A DNA stretch of 59,600 bases, the filler included, from Streblomastix strix (taxonomy: Eukaryota): the NCBI GenBank assembly GCA_008636045.1. It is 3 parts of 3 records of this genome, joined end to end, with 100 filler letters (N's around TTAATTAATTAA, not from the genome) between each part and the next. Parts side by side here need not be neighbours in the genome. Positions count along the whole stretch, not along the records: positions 19,910 to 39,710 come from SNRW01000486.1; positions 39,811 to 59,600 come from SNRW01000487.1; 1 more part is not named here. One strand, written 5' to 3'. This document shows, in pieces, positions 27,124 to 40,696 of the stretch. The position numbers and the translations under genes are program-made. Every line of letters starts with the position of its first letter. Position 1 is the stretch's first letter. The notes below the pieces were generated by a model that saw only the letters and a program-made list of their open reading frames with translations, ran no database searches and had not been told where the DNA came from.

Positions 27124-30100
27124 TCAATCTTCTTTAAAGCCATTTTCAACGATTTCCTCAGCAGTCTTCATTGATTTAGAAGCTTTATATGTCTCCATTC
27201 TTGCTGCAAGGTCATAGAAGTCTTTCACTTCTTTCTGAGAGGATGTCGGGTTATTAAGATATCCCAAATAAGATGGTGGAACAATTAGAATGTCGAGATT
27301 AGGTTACGATTCAAGGAAATAACGCTTTGCGTTTTTCAACATAAATGCACCAAGTTTTTTATCTATTGTAAGAATATGTCCTGTTATCCAATTCTTGCAA
27401 AATTCAGCTACTTCATTCGTTGACAAAATATTCTTAACAAGGGTTGTATCAAACTTGACAAGCTTGCGAAGTAGGCTTATATGAGCCTTAAGATGAATGC
27501 CATGTTCAGGATCTGGATATTTGAGATGGGTCATTACTGCTTCCTCATCGTTGAAGTGAGTGCATGCATATTGAACTAGGATATCACAAGTCTCTTATAT
27601 TTACTCTTTCTACTCCCGATTTGCAACTTGACGTACAATCTTACCCAATAAATCTACAAGTGCGCGATGACAATAATCTATTCTACCAGCATGAGTATAT
27701 AAAGATTCTTACCACTTGACTGCATCGGCTACATTCATATCTGCTAAGGCTGCAATACGTCTTGTAGTTATTGCAGTAGTTTGCATCACCCCAGGTACTG
27801 GTAATAAACATAGAAATGATACTCCCAAAGTAGCTAAAATAGATCCCATATAAAGAAGCAAGATTAGCATTTAATATAAACTTCCATATGAATTGAGTTC
27901 GTCCTATCTAGCTTATCCAACTTGAATAAGACCATCCTGCAAATCATTAATACAAATACTTTATATGAATAAATAATTAATCCCCTTTGGCGATAAGAGA
28001 TCATAATCTTCTTAGAGTAAGTTAGTAACCATTGTATAAAATATTACTTATAATTCTCCCAACCCGTGAAATGGTGGAATGTTCCCATAAATGTGTCCTT
28101 CTGTGCATTGAGACTAGTTTATCATAAGACATTCAGTGCTCTCAGTCATTATACGATCTATTGTTTTATACTTCCCTTGTGTGCGTCTTATACTTATGCT
28201 ATCAATCTCACTATCTCCTGTTGGCTATGTGGCTGATGATCCAATCTCTGCTGTTCGGGATAAAAGAACAAATTATTGAAGCAGACCTTCAATGACAACA
28301 TGCAAAGATCTTCTGTCGTGCATAAATGATGAATTAACAAAAACAGGAGAACTAAATTACTCTTCATATGAAACAGGGTTATCCCATTTATATATGGAAT
28401 TAGTAACATACATTGTTGTGAAAGATGCTATTTGTGACATGATTATCTTTCTGTGGCCGCCGTGTGAGAGTTATGATTGACAAGCTTATGTGTCATCAAT
28501 AAAAAGAATTGATGTTAGAAATGAAGCAATCATGGAAATGAGTATAACGGCTGTGCCAAATAACAGTTGGCTTGTAATTTTATTTGGGAGAATTCCCTAC
28601 AATTTCTTCAATTTGTCCTCAATTTCATGAGCTTTTTACTGTTTCTACTCTTCTTTCTCATCTTCCCATTCTTGTTTCATCACAGTGAGCATCTCATGTT
28701 CCAAGTCTTCCTTAGCAACTTCTTCAGTCATTCCCATACCTTCCATTCCATATGGAAAATTCATCATTTGATATTATTACTACAAATCAAATTATTCTTA
28801 TTCTTGTAGTGCTTGTATTACATCTGTAGCACCCAATTCTTCAAGTATATTATAAAGCTATTCATCTTCAAGCATGTTGATTACACCTGTCTCTATATTT
28901 ATTAAAGCTGGTCCTTCTGCCGTTTGTACAATAAGACCTTCCTGTCCATCTTCATCTTCAAACTATTTGAGAACCTGAGCTTCAACACCTTCAATATTAA
29001 TCATCGTCCCTGGTGCATATTATCCATCTTCAAAGTCTTCTTATTAATTCTGATTATAAAATCCTTCCTCTTCTCCTTCATTTATATCCATCTCATAACC
29101 TTGATTATTATAGTTCATAAAATTTCCATTAAAATTTTATGGCATAAATCCATCTTAGTTCATTAATTAATTATTGAAATTCTGATAATTATTCTCATTC
29201 CCAAACATCATCATATTTTATTCATTAAATTAATCATTATTAAATAATGCCTGTTAATCCAGTTATCCAATTTATTCAATTTCATTCTCATTAAATATTT
29301 CTTAATTATCTGTAGTTAGATCATCAATTTCAGCTGAATTTTGAGATAAGCGCAATGATGGGGTTTCGCTCTTTTGTTCAGATACCCTGGAATATATCTA
29401 TGAATGTATAATGGGCAAGGTTGATTTCTTATCAATTTAATCATTTTAAGATTATTGAATAGAAGTGTCTTATTGTTATTACTATTATGTTTGATTTGGT
29501 AAATCTTATGAATGTTTTGGTTCAGCCAATTCATCCTTAAGATCAGTAATGCTATCTCCAAATAAATTATCATTGGCCTCATCAACGTCTTTTTCCTTCA
29601 ATTCTTTTTCTTTCTTCTCTTTTTCTTCTTTTTCCATCTTTTCTTTCTTAGCCAATAATTCTTTCTCTTTTTCTTTCCTTTCTTTTTCTTTTTCTTTTAT
29701 TTCTTTTTCTTTGTCCATTAATTCTTCCTTTGGCATTAATCTATCTATCATTCTCTGCAAGTCTTCATGTGGAAGCAAACACAACACACGCATCTTGGCC
29801 TTTCTCTTCTGTGTGAGACTCCTTTAAGCATATAATACAGGAAGGAGGAGGAGAAGTGCAAGTGATACTGCACTAATAGACAGAGTTATTAAAAGTACTG
29901 CATTTGTTGTCCTTGATTTCTTGATTATATTCTTGATGTAGACTGTTGAAGCTTTCTTCATTTCCTCAGTAACAAGAAGAGGAGTATTCATTAATTGAAT
30001 TGCTGTAATGGTGTGAAATGATCGTGTAAGTGTACTGAGATGTGGAATTACATTATCATTCAACTTTCTAAAATAGTGAACATTACGTCTATTTTGCTAT

Positions 30101-33100
30101 GTGTTATTGTTTGATGAATGCTAATTATTTGAATTTTCCCTATCTCTTCCAATAATTGGTATTTAATTTATATTATTAAATATATTTGAATTATTTCTTT
30201 CATTGTTCTCATCTGGATCTAGAATAGTTTTTTATTTCACATTCATCTATTTATTCATCGCATTTGAATCCTTATTATAATTATCATTCTTCGTTCCAAT
30301 ACTTTCAATAAATTCAGCCAAATCATCTGGATAAACAAGAGATTCAGGAGTCTGAGATTATTCAACTGATATATCTTGCATCCATTCAAGTATATCATAG
30401 AAGTTCATACTTGAATGAGAAATAAGGACAATATCATTGTTTTCGTCTACAATTGGAATAGGGAACTTATGATATTAATCTTTCCATACACCCAAGGAAT
30501 ATGAATTTGAGATTACTTGTCTGAGTTATTAGTTGATTTCAAGCACATCTGAATAAATCATATCTTATATCTAAAGTAATTATTATTCTTCATCATCAGT
30601 AAGCCATGATAAAATTAGATCGCTCTATTCTGCATAATCTACTCCATTATTAATGTTATTCTTATCATTATATTTATTTTATCTTTTCTAAGTTCTATCA
30701 TTGAATCTTCTCTTTCCAGATTATTTTATCAACAAATTATCTTCGGTATATTCCTAATCTTCATTTCTTTATTCATCATCATTATTATTTGAACTAATAG
30801 AATATTTTGAAAGAGGTGGATCACGATAATGCAATTCAATGATCCTCTGAGCCATGTGAGCAAGACGATTCAACCTGAAGCTGAAATCTTAGAATGATTT
30901 AATGTTCAGAGAGAGCTTAGATTATTATCCGAGTAGTGTCTGTGAATATGCATATGCAAAGATCAGTGATGCAATCATAAGAAGAATGGCTATAAGCATC
31001 ACAGGTTTCAAATAAGGAATATCTTTGACTGCTTTCTTCTCAGATAGAACCTGATCCTTAAGAATCTGATTACTGCCTCCTCCTGATTGTGCAATAGCTG
31101 CAGCTGCTGCTTCTGCTTATTCCTTTTCAATCTTTGCGTCAATTTCTGCTTAACTTTCTTGATGCTTCTCATCTTTTTGTGTAATTGAGTCACCATTATC
31201 AGCTTTTTCATCTTCATTTTCATCTTTTCCTTTATCATTATCTTTCTCCTTATCTTTATCTTTTTCTTTTTTCTTATTTTTTCCTTTTTTCTTTGATTTC
31301 TTCTTCTTATCTGTATCTTTAATATTCTTATCAATATCAATATCTTTATTCTTCTTTTTTGTTTAATCATCATTATCTTTATCTTTTTCTTTATCTTTAT
31401 CTTTTTCTTTATCTTTTTCCTTTTCTTTTTCCTTTTCTTTTTCCTTATCTTTATCCTTTTCCTTATCTTTTTCCTTTTCTTTATCTTTCTTCTATTATTT
31501 CTTTTCTTCCTTCTTCTCTCCATCTTCTTCATCCTTCTCATCTTCTTCCCTCTTCTTCTTAGCCAATCTCCAATCATCGTCTTCCTCTTCTTTTCCATTG
31601 TCAATGATATCTGCTTCTCTTATTAACAATTTGGCCACATCATCTTCTCTGCTAATATCCTTCAATAAGGATGCAAACAGACGAAGAATGCGAGGGTTGT
31701 CCTGATATTGAGCAAGAAGATGGAGAAGTAGCTCATGTGCATGTGCTTCAAAATCAACAACCTGCAATGAATGTATAAGTGAATGTAAAAATAAGTGAAA
31801 AATAAAAAGGATATAAACATATATATGAAGAAATTATATTTTTATCTTCAATACCAGACAAGCATGACTCATCACCAAATTGACATCAACATTCCTTTTA
31901 TTTAGTAGCATCCACATTTGAATCAAATGTTGTTTGCACATTTCATATTATTTCTCAGCTTGTTGAATCTACAAGTTCATCATATACTAAGCAGTGTTCT
32001 AATTACCACCCAATCCAACTCCCATCATTTAATCATTCCCTTATCCAGTGTCTGATTAATTGTTATCATCATTTGTATTTGCGTTCTGAACTTCTGATCC
32101 TGATTTCTCAATTGTTTCAGTAGAATCTTTTTCTTTATTAGTTTCTTTATTGAGATTATCATTAATTTCAGATATTGGAGATTTTGGCCTGTCACTTTTC
32201 TATCCTTTATTAGCAACAGAATCTTTTGTTTTATTCACTTTATTTGCTTCATCATTCTTTTTCTAGACTTATTTATCATCCTTAAGTTCATCTTTGTTAT
32301 CATTTGTTTATTTAATTTATTATGCTTAAGCAGTAGATATATTATTCAACCCCTGAATGATCTGCATTGTTTCAATCTCCTTCTCAATGCAGAATGCAAT
32401 CCATCTATCATGGAGAGCAGGATAGAGCTATTGCGCATGTTACAACTAAAGTGCCATCTTGACTATATTACGTCTGTATTCAAGAAGGAATAGTGCATAT
32501 GATATGCGAATTGAAGGTGAACTTGAGTGAGGCGGTTTCTGAAGGACACGTGTGAAGATGTGATCAATGAACTAAACAAGTTGATTCTCGTGTTTGAGTT
32601 ACTTAATTTGCAGAAAACGCATCGATGGTTCAACTGAACTCTAATTACTGAAACCTTTCATTATTAATCTCACTGAATGTTGGAGGGATTCACTTGAACT
32701 TGGATTACAAATGAATGTGTATGGTGATGTTTTATGTTTCTTCTTTTATTCTGATGGTTTGACTGATATTTATTCTTTGAAGTCTTATTTACTTGTCATA
32801 TAAAGAAGTGGAGGTGAAGTTGGAGGAATTATATTCATTTTACTTTACCCAAAAGCTTTTCCCAATGTACTGACTTATTTTGAATGAGTCTGAATCTTTT
32901 GTGGTTATTGACTAGTTAAATCATTCAAGAATTAAAATGTAAGCTTTGGCTTTAATAATTATTATTATGGTTATTGCTAATTATTATTTATTCCATCAGA
33001 AACATCCTTTTCTTACCCCTATTAATTCTTCTTCAACAGTGGAGTAGCAATTAATGTTTGTTATTAACCACTGTTCTTTAATATCTTTTTGCCTATTCCA

Positions 33101-35658
33101 CGTGAAAGAGCTGAATTAAGTTATAATTTTTGACCTTATTTATCTTCAGAAACTTTATTCACTTTATTCTTATTATCATTCAAATCTTTTTCATTCTCTT
33201 ATTCTTACTGTTTCTATTAGTCTTATAATGTTTTCTCTCTCAAATCAATTACATCAGCACGTTTCTTCATTAATGCAGCATAGATGGGAGATATTTCATT
33301 TACTGGCTTTGGAGTCAATTTGTAAATTCGTTCAGGAGGTTCAACCTTCAAACGGAATCCAATTATAACTGGCTTAGGAGATCTGTGAAAGAAAGAAAAC
33401 CAACTTTTATTATTTGTTTCATTTGAACCATCTACTGGTTAAATATTTTATTAATTCTTCATCATTCCATCTTTTTTCTCTTATCTGTTAAGCCCAGCAT
33501 TCACAGCAGATGAATCAGGACCTTCTTTATCAGCTCCATTCCAAACTGCATCATAACTCTTCATTTGTCTAAGATTCAATAATCTCAACTTCTTAACATA
33601 TTATTCATCCCTCTCTTTCTCAATGTCATCCATCAACTTCTGCCTCTCAGCCATTTGTTACTCATTCAATTTGATGTTCAGCTGAAATTGGTGTTATTAA
33701 TACTTCTGGTGCTGCTGTACACGTTTGGGTACTGATGATATATGCTGAATACTTGTAAGATCAACCTAAAAATCTGGATTAATTGACTTTCTGGGGCTTT
33801 TCTGTCCTTCTAAATTATCAGAGAGAGGTTGAATTATTAAAGGCTAATTAACAAATCTTCTTGAGCTTTCTTCTCCTGGTGACATATTCTACCTTTATGA
33901 TGAATAATCTTCATTTGGCTTGTTTTGTGGTTGAATATTGTTAAATTAAGGTAAATTAGTTTGATTTTTCTTTCGAAATAAGGCATTAGCTTCAAAAGTT
34001 GGAGAGAATGAAACTCTTAATTTATTTTTATTTAAATTTGTTGAAGATATATTTTAAACGGGTTACATACTATTATTATCATTAATTGGTTACTAATCTT
34101 AATCTTTATTTGCTATTTCCTTTTTCTTAGCTTTTTCTTCTTCCTCTCTTTTCTTCAACATCCTCTTCTTCTTCTTCAAATATTCTCTGTTCTTCTTTGT
34201 CCCATAATTGTAAAACATATATTGAAATGCTGGATTCTTCTTTTTCACCTTCATTGTCATAAACTTCTGAGGCTATTTTTAATTCTGCTGTTAATTATTC
34301 ATGTCTTCGTCACTACTCGAGTCACTGTATGCATCACTGTCATTGTTATTGTTATTGTCATATGATTATGTTTCTACATCTTTATCTTAATTTTGAGTTT
34401 TCTTCTTCTTCTTCTTATTTTTCTTATTTAATAATTATTTGTCGTTCTCACGGCAGTATTCCTCGATATTCCCTGAAACGCTGTAGATTGGTTCAACAAT
34501 CCATCTTATTTTGCACACCTTTTCAGTTATTTTAGCAGTTATTAACATAAAAATAATTGGTAATACTATAGTTATCAGCCATGCAAATGATGCAGAAAGA
34601 AACAACTTTGCAGACATTGGGGCCACTTAACCATCTGATCCTCCAGCCAATCATTCAAAGACTGGTAAAAGAAGACCAATAATTCCACCACTACTGACAG
34701 CTCCATATGAACCAGATAATATAACACTTCCTTTAACTGAATATGTTGGAGGGAATATTGAAGTTGATATTGAGATGGATGCAAATACAATAATATGAAT
34801 TATACAAATAACAGTTGGTTGTGTAGTTATGAAGATAGATGATATTATGGTGTAAATTGAGATAACTGTAAATACCAATGAATAATAGGTTCCTGTACGG
34901 CAGGCAAATAATAATTTTCTTTTCATCTTAACGTCGCATATAAACAGTTTGTAAAGTACTGTGTATGGCAATAGTATAATGATGTATAGAATTAGAAATA
35001 GTATTCCCATCACTTCCATAAACTTATTACTGCAGTAAGGAACCAATTCTATGTTATGCTTTAATGTACAATTCATAGGCAATGAAAAGAGAACTGTGAG
35101 TGGAGTTGTAATAATCGATGTTGAGATGAAGGCAAAGAAATCAGTTGTCTATAATAATTCTGGACGGAGTATAAGATCTTTCTTCTGCATATAATACATA
35201 ACAGCTGCTAATATTGGAGGTACAATAGACAGAAGACCAAAAATAACAGCAAAAAGTATAACAACAATTGAACTGTGTGGTGCAATTGATGGATCAATGT
35301 AAAGACTATTAATGGACAAAATATTAATTAACAAACAATAAAACATAAAAAAATTAATTATTAATTATGATCATACCTGAGCGCTCTAAGAAATTGAGAA
35401 AATCCCAAACTTTTAACACCTGGCCGTTTCAGGATTATTACCATGAGTTGGAGAACTTAAAGAAACAAAGAAGCTTTTTATACATAATTTCTTCTCTCTC
35501 CAGCAGCCTAATTAAAAAAATAAACAATGAAACGCTAAGAAAATATTAAAAATATTACCTATTTCAACGGATAGGCATAGGAAAAAAATCTGATTAATAC
35601 AATAAAATAGAAAATATTTTTATTAATAAAAAAAATTGATGAAACTATACTCTTTCAT
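27124..35658 (-). CDS. Large multi-pass membrane protein with a TmcB/TmcC-like helical region and C-terminal hemerythrin domain; in-frame TGA at 34651
   Basis: Multiple hydrophobic helices at 34500-35300 and near 30960, 29850, 28520 and 27820. Central motif QHLIQMWMLL..NVD..EAHAHELLLHLLAQYQDNPRILRLFASLLKDI. Terminal TGA at 27124-27126. The start (MKEFFSYAYP) is uncertain. Confidence 0.8.
27340..27714 (-). other. Hemerythrin (bacteriohemerythrin-type) di-iron domain
   Basis: WQESLYTHAGRIDYCHRALV...THFNDEEAVM..LKYP..EHGIHLKAH...NWITGHILTID matches the H / HxxxE / HxxxH / HxxxxD ligand pattern. Confidence 0.9.
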
Positions 35659-36629
35659 TCAATATGTGAACACTTATTTGGAGCTGAACAAATTAAAAGG
35701 AAAATATTGTAAATAATCAAAATATATAAAAATAAAAGGATAAAATATCAATGAATAAAGAAATAAAATTAAATAGAAATTTTATATCAGAATTAATCCA
35801 ATTAACAAATTAAAAAATTATTATATTTTGATATAAATTGAGTAGAAATATTATTAATATGTCTTTTTCAGTATTAGAACAAGATATTTATGTGGAAAAC
35901 ATTTACAAAATGAAAAATAAATTGTGTGGAATGTTTGCAGCAAATCAGTAAATTATAACGTTGATTTGAAAAAATAAAATAGATTCAAGATAATATTTTC
36001 TTATTAAATTTGAAAATGGATGATATTTTAATTGAGTATACGATGATAAAACGCGAAATTAAAAATTAAAATAAAAAAAGTAATTTTTATTGGCTTGAAG
36101 AGTTTGAAAAAGTGTTAAAAATTATAAAATATTTCATATAAATAAATTATTATCAATGTTATAAAAACTTTGAACAACTGTTATTATGGATGAGTGGCTA
36201 AAAAATTTGATTCCAAAATTTTATTCTTTAATTTTTCGTCTCAAAATTGTAAATATAATATTATTATTATTTTATTATTATTAACTATTATTTTATTATA
36301 AAATTTTTTTAATAGTTTAGCTAGATTTAATTTGAAAAATTTGAGATGTGATTTGATTTGATTTTGTGATATACATAAAAAACAAAAAATATTCCAACGA
36401 AGGTTTATGCGCTAAGAAGACTCTAAATAACTGAGTTGAATAACATTGTATTAATCTAATTATACTAGTTTTAAAAGTTATTTCACCAAGATCGGGCTTA
36501 AAATCATATTTATTTTTTCTTTGCCTTTATTATCCATTTTTTTAACTTGGCCTTTATATAATTTACAAAAATTAATTGCAATAAATAATTTATAATAATG
36601 CATTTATTAACATTAGATCTTCTCCACTT

Positions 36630-38315
36630 ATGACTTCCTCTGAGCTTCTATAAATAGATGATTCCGAGGCCGTCTCTAATCAGCCTTCACGTGTCATTCA
36701 CTTCCGTGGCATTAATACGACTATGAACTAGGTATAATAATGAAATTGTTTTTATTGCACAAGCAATAATTCACGCTTAACTCGCTGAATTATCTTTTAA
36801 TTTTTTAACAGGTCGATATTCTTCAACTAACTTAATCATTCGGCAAAGTTACAAATCTCATTTTCCTAAAAAACTCACATTAGGCTTTGTTAGAATTCCA
36901 AGATCTTAACAGCGCCATCGCTTTTATGAACGCTCACTCATCATTTGTTCCGTATATCAGGTATGCGAACCAAATTTGTTTATTATTGTTATTAATATTG
37001 TGCCATTATTTTAGAGGTGCTCCAATTTACCCGCAATACTCCAATCATAAAGCATTAGTCACAACCGACACTTCAGAAAGAAGCAAGACTGAACCCTCCA
37101 GAGTTTTATTAGTGAAAATCATTAATGCATAATATCCAATTACTGTAGATGTGCTCTCTTAAGTCTTCTCACCTTATGAAGTAAGCCCTCGTGGAACGGT
37201 TGAGAAGATTATAGTATTTGCGAAGGCAGGTGGATAACAGGCCCTTGTTTAGTACAGCACGATTGAATGCGCAACACGAGCAATGCGGGCACTAAATTTG
37301 CGTAATATATACACTAATTGCTGCACACTTCAAATTTAATTCAGTAAAAGACAAGAAATCAATGTTTAAAATTCTTCGGAGAAATCATTGTTTGCATATA
37401 TTATTATTATTATTTACAATTATTGATTTTTCTCATTTTTATTCCAGCGACTTTACAGCAGCACTTGGAGAAGAAAAACCTCCTATGTATAATTCATCAT
37501 CACAATAGAGATAAATGCCTTTATAAGTGTAGCACATTCCATAAGTCTAAGGACTTATCAGTAATCCAGGATACTAGAATATACTTGCTCTATCAACACA
37601 ATAATAGCAACAACTACTCGGCAATGTTGGAGGAATGGGAGCAATTGGAGGATTCGGAGGTACATAAAGTGTTCTACTTGTATCTGGATTTCCACCTGAA
37701 CATGTTGGGTGCTAAGAATTATTCAATGTTTTCAGTAATTATGGAACAGTAATGTGTGTGAAGGTCTTATTCAACAAACCAAATATGGCACTCGTCTAAT
37801 TTGCAGACTCGTCGCAAGCAAAATAAGCACTGAACTATCTACATCGAGTGCAACTCTTTGGTCATACACTGGAAATTGTTTATTCAAAGTATTCATCAAT
37901 TGTTAAACCAGCACCTGGCCATTAAACAACAACCCCACCAACACCTGGAGCAACAAGAAATGTATAAACTGACCCTAAAACAGTAGATTATGATAGCTCT
38001 TCCTTGAATAGATACCATAAATATGGGGAAGCTAATGCAAGACATCTCTCAAGACCTACAAATACTCTTCATGTTAGTAATGTTGCTGCAAGTGTTGATG
38101 AGGCTGCACTTCTTGACCACATTGGCCAAAGTACAGGTACTCCAGTTGCTGTGAAGAATGTAAAGATATACGAGACAAATGGTAAACGTATGGCTTTAGC
38201 GTAGTTTGAGGATCAATCTTCAGCAGTAGAAGCGATGTGTTTGCTGCACAATACTCCATTATAAGGAAAAAATATTAGACTCACATTCACTAAAAACCAC
38301 ATTTAGACAGAGTGA
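36630..38315 (+). CDS. PTBP: Polypyrimidine-tract-binding / hnRNP-L family protein, 4 RRMs; 3 introns
   Basis: QPSRVIHFR, QALLEF, QYSNHKAL, YPITVDVL, QALVQY, NIYTNCCTLQIQFSK, ELFNVFSNYG, RPTNTLHVSN and IRLTFTK. TGA at 38313-38315. Confidence 0.9.
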
Positions 38316-38809
38316 AAATATTTTCTATATTATATACTGGAGATGTTGAGTGTATTATTTCTTCTTATACGCGATAGTTTTTTTACAAGAGATAAGTAGA
38401 AATCATGTGAAATTATGTATTATAATACGAGATTGTACAGTCTCATCCTTTTAATTGCTATTTTTTCCCCGGAATATCTTATACAGTTGAATTTTTTTAG
38501 GAGAAAATTGTATATCTGTTTTATTATTAGTTTGTACAACAGCTTCCATTTTACTTAATCTCTTATTTATAATAGTCTAAATCTTGTTTTTAATTTTTCT
38601 TTTAATTTTGTTAGTGTTTGATATGAATGTTTTCTTTACTTAAACTTACTGTTATTCTTATTTTTACATTCTGCATTCATTTCAAACATTTATAAACATC
38701 CTAATGGAATTTAGCCAAGCAAAATAATACAATAGTCAAGCAACTTCCAATGTATTTTCTCAGTTTAATTATTTTATTAAGTATTTTTATCCTTCTTGAC
38801 ATTTTCAAA

Positions 38810-39553
38810 AAAAAATAATTAATAACTATTATGAATAGGAAATATAATGATAGAATTAAGAATAATATAGATATTAAGGTTTATTAATATGTTGTTGTTG
38901 GAGTAGTACTTAATTTGCAACTATAGGTTAGTGTTTCATAATAGTATTAACAAAAATAATATACTGGGACAAAATTAAAGTAGTGCAAACAGAAAATAAT
39001 TGATACCTGTTTGTTTGTGGAGCTAAATCAGAAAAATATTTATTGGCAAATCTTAGTCCTCTCTTTCTGTCAAAACATTTTCGGCTGTACAAGGTTTATT
39101 TTCGTTACAATAGCTCGTATATATCATTTATACTGATAAATACATTCATCTAGCTATCTACAGCGAGAAGAAATTTCTATTTTTGTAAACGGCTTTTTGC
39201 AATATCCACAGTTTATTATTCTATAAAACTAGCTTCAGACATTTGTATATTACAATGTCAATATCACCAGTATTTAGTGGCAAATACTTCTAATTTTTAA
39301 TCTCTTGAAAACAGCATTAAACTTAATTTTAACTAAATTTCATTTTTTGTATGCCACAAGAAAAATTTGATTATTTAAATTATTTAAATTATCATCACTT
39401 TATAAATTTAGCCAATATAACTATATATTTTAATCAAATTTAAACAAGATACGAATAATAGATATTTTTCAAAATATTCTTATGATTAAACCAATAAAAT
39501 AATAATCATTCTTGAATTTCACTGATTATTTTAGAATTCATAATAAATATTTT
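38810..39553 (-). repeat. ~750-bp interspersed repeat, copy B
   Basis: Reverse complement matches 23543-24290 with scattered substitutions and small indels. Confidence 0.9.
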
Positions 39554-39710
39554 CTATTTATTATTGAAATAGAATGGCTACACAGTTATCAATTGTACGA
39601 TACAGCGAACTGTTCTTCTTCAGTCATATTACCAGTAAAAATTTGTTGTTATTGACTGCGAGGAAGAATTCAGCAGCCCACTGCGTTGTTCCAGAAGATT
39701 ATACTAGCCC

Positions 39711-39810
39711 NNNNNNNNNNNNNNNNNNNNNNNNNNNNNNNNNNNNNNNNNNNNTTAATTAATTAANNNNNNNNNNNNNNNNNNNNNNNNNNNNNNNNNN
39801 NNNNNNNNNN
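39711..39810. other. Artificial segment linker (N44-TTAATTAATTAA-N44)
   Basis: Identical structure to 19810-19909. Confidence 0.97.
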
Positions 39811-40176
39811 GCTCATACAATCAAGAAATACTAGAGGCGTGTCTTGGAATGGAGGAGAAACACACTTGAATTGATGAGGGCTGAGATTAAGAGACTTATT
39901 TCTGAAGGTCGATTGGATATAGACAATGAAATGTAAGGATTTATAAGTGCAGTATAACAATAGAAGGCAGAAGTAGAAAAGAGTTAAGTGTAGGACAGAG
40001 AATTGGATAAACAGCGATAGTTGGAGAAAGAAAAAGAAAGACTTGAATAATAATAAAAGAAGAAGGGAGAAAATGAATAACCAGTTGATGATGAATCTAC
40101 TGGAGATGAACAGGATGAAAAGGGAAATTAGGCTGATGATGGCAGTTCACTTGGAAGCAATCAAGATGGAGAATGA
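39811..40176 (+). CDS. 3' end of an unknown charged/coiled-coil protein
   Basis: AHTIKKYQRRVLEWRRNTLELMRAEIKRL...GSNQDGE-TGA (40174-40176) in code 6. Confidence 0.7.
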
Positions 40177-40696
40177 CATGTGTAACTCAAATCACTCTGC
40201 GAATAATTCACTAGTTTATCCACTTTATAAATATCAAATAAAAAAATACATAATGAATATAGAATTTTTGAATTTTTCATTAAATCAAAATCTGACAAAG
40301 TTTTAAATCGCAATTAGTGCATTTATAAATATTTTTTGCATATAGTAACCAATTTACAATGAACTATACTGTTTTTACTCTCTGCCCAATTTGCATATTT
40401 TAAATTGACTTTTTTACTCTCTCTACTCAAAATAAGTTTAATCTTTATTGATAATTGTAATTAGAAGATACATTTATTATATTTTACACTGCAATTATTA
40501 TCTATATCATTATTTCAAACAAAAAATAGCTGTTTTATATTTTTCTCTATAAAACTCTTTTTTATTATTCGAGAAGGTGTAAAGCACTGTAAATATTACA
40601 ATTTTATGATTATTTAACTGAACAATCACAAATTTTTAATTAGACTTTTAATTTTATGTTGAAATTTATTTTTTCTTTGCACATTTTCTGAAGGAA

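Noticed and set aside
31200..31520. Purine-rich KD/KE repeats and (TAA)n tracts as CRISPR or satellite arrays
   Set aside because: Coding low-complexity sequence with no repeat-spacer structure.
35560..35578. Apparent ATG-CCT-ATC-CGT-TGA start with internal TGA
   Set aside because: Wrong frame; exon phasing supports FFSYAYPLKQ without a stop.
39574..39710. Assigning a product to the fragment before the second gap
   Set aside because: Only ~45 codons are visible; strand and frame are ambiguous and there is no motif.
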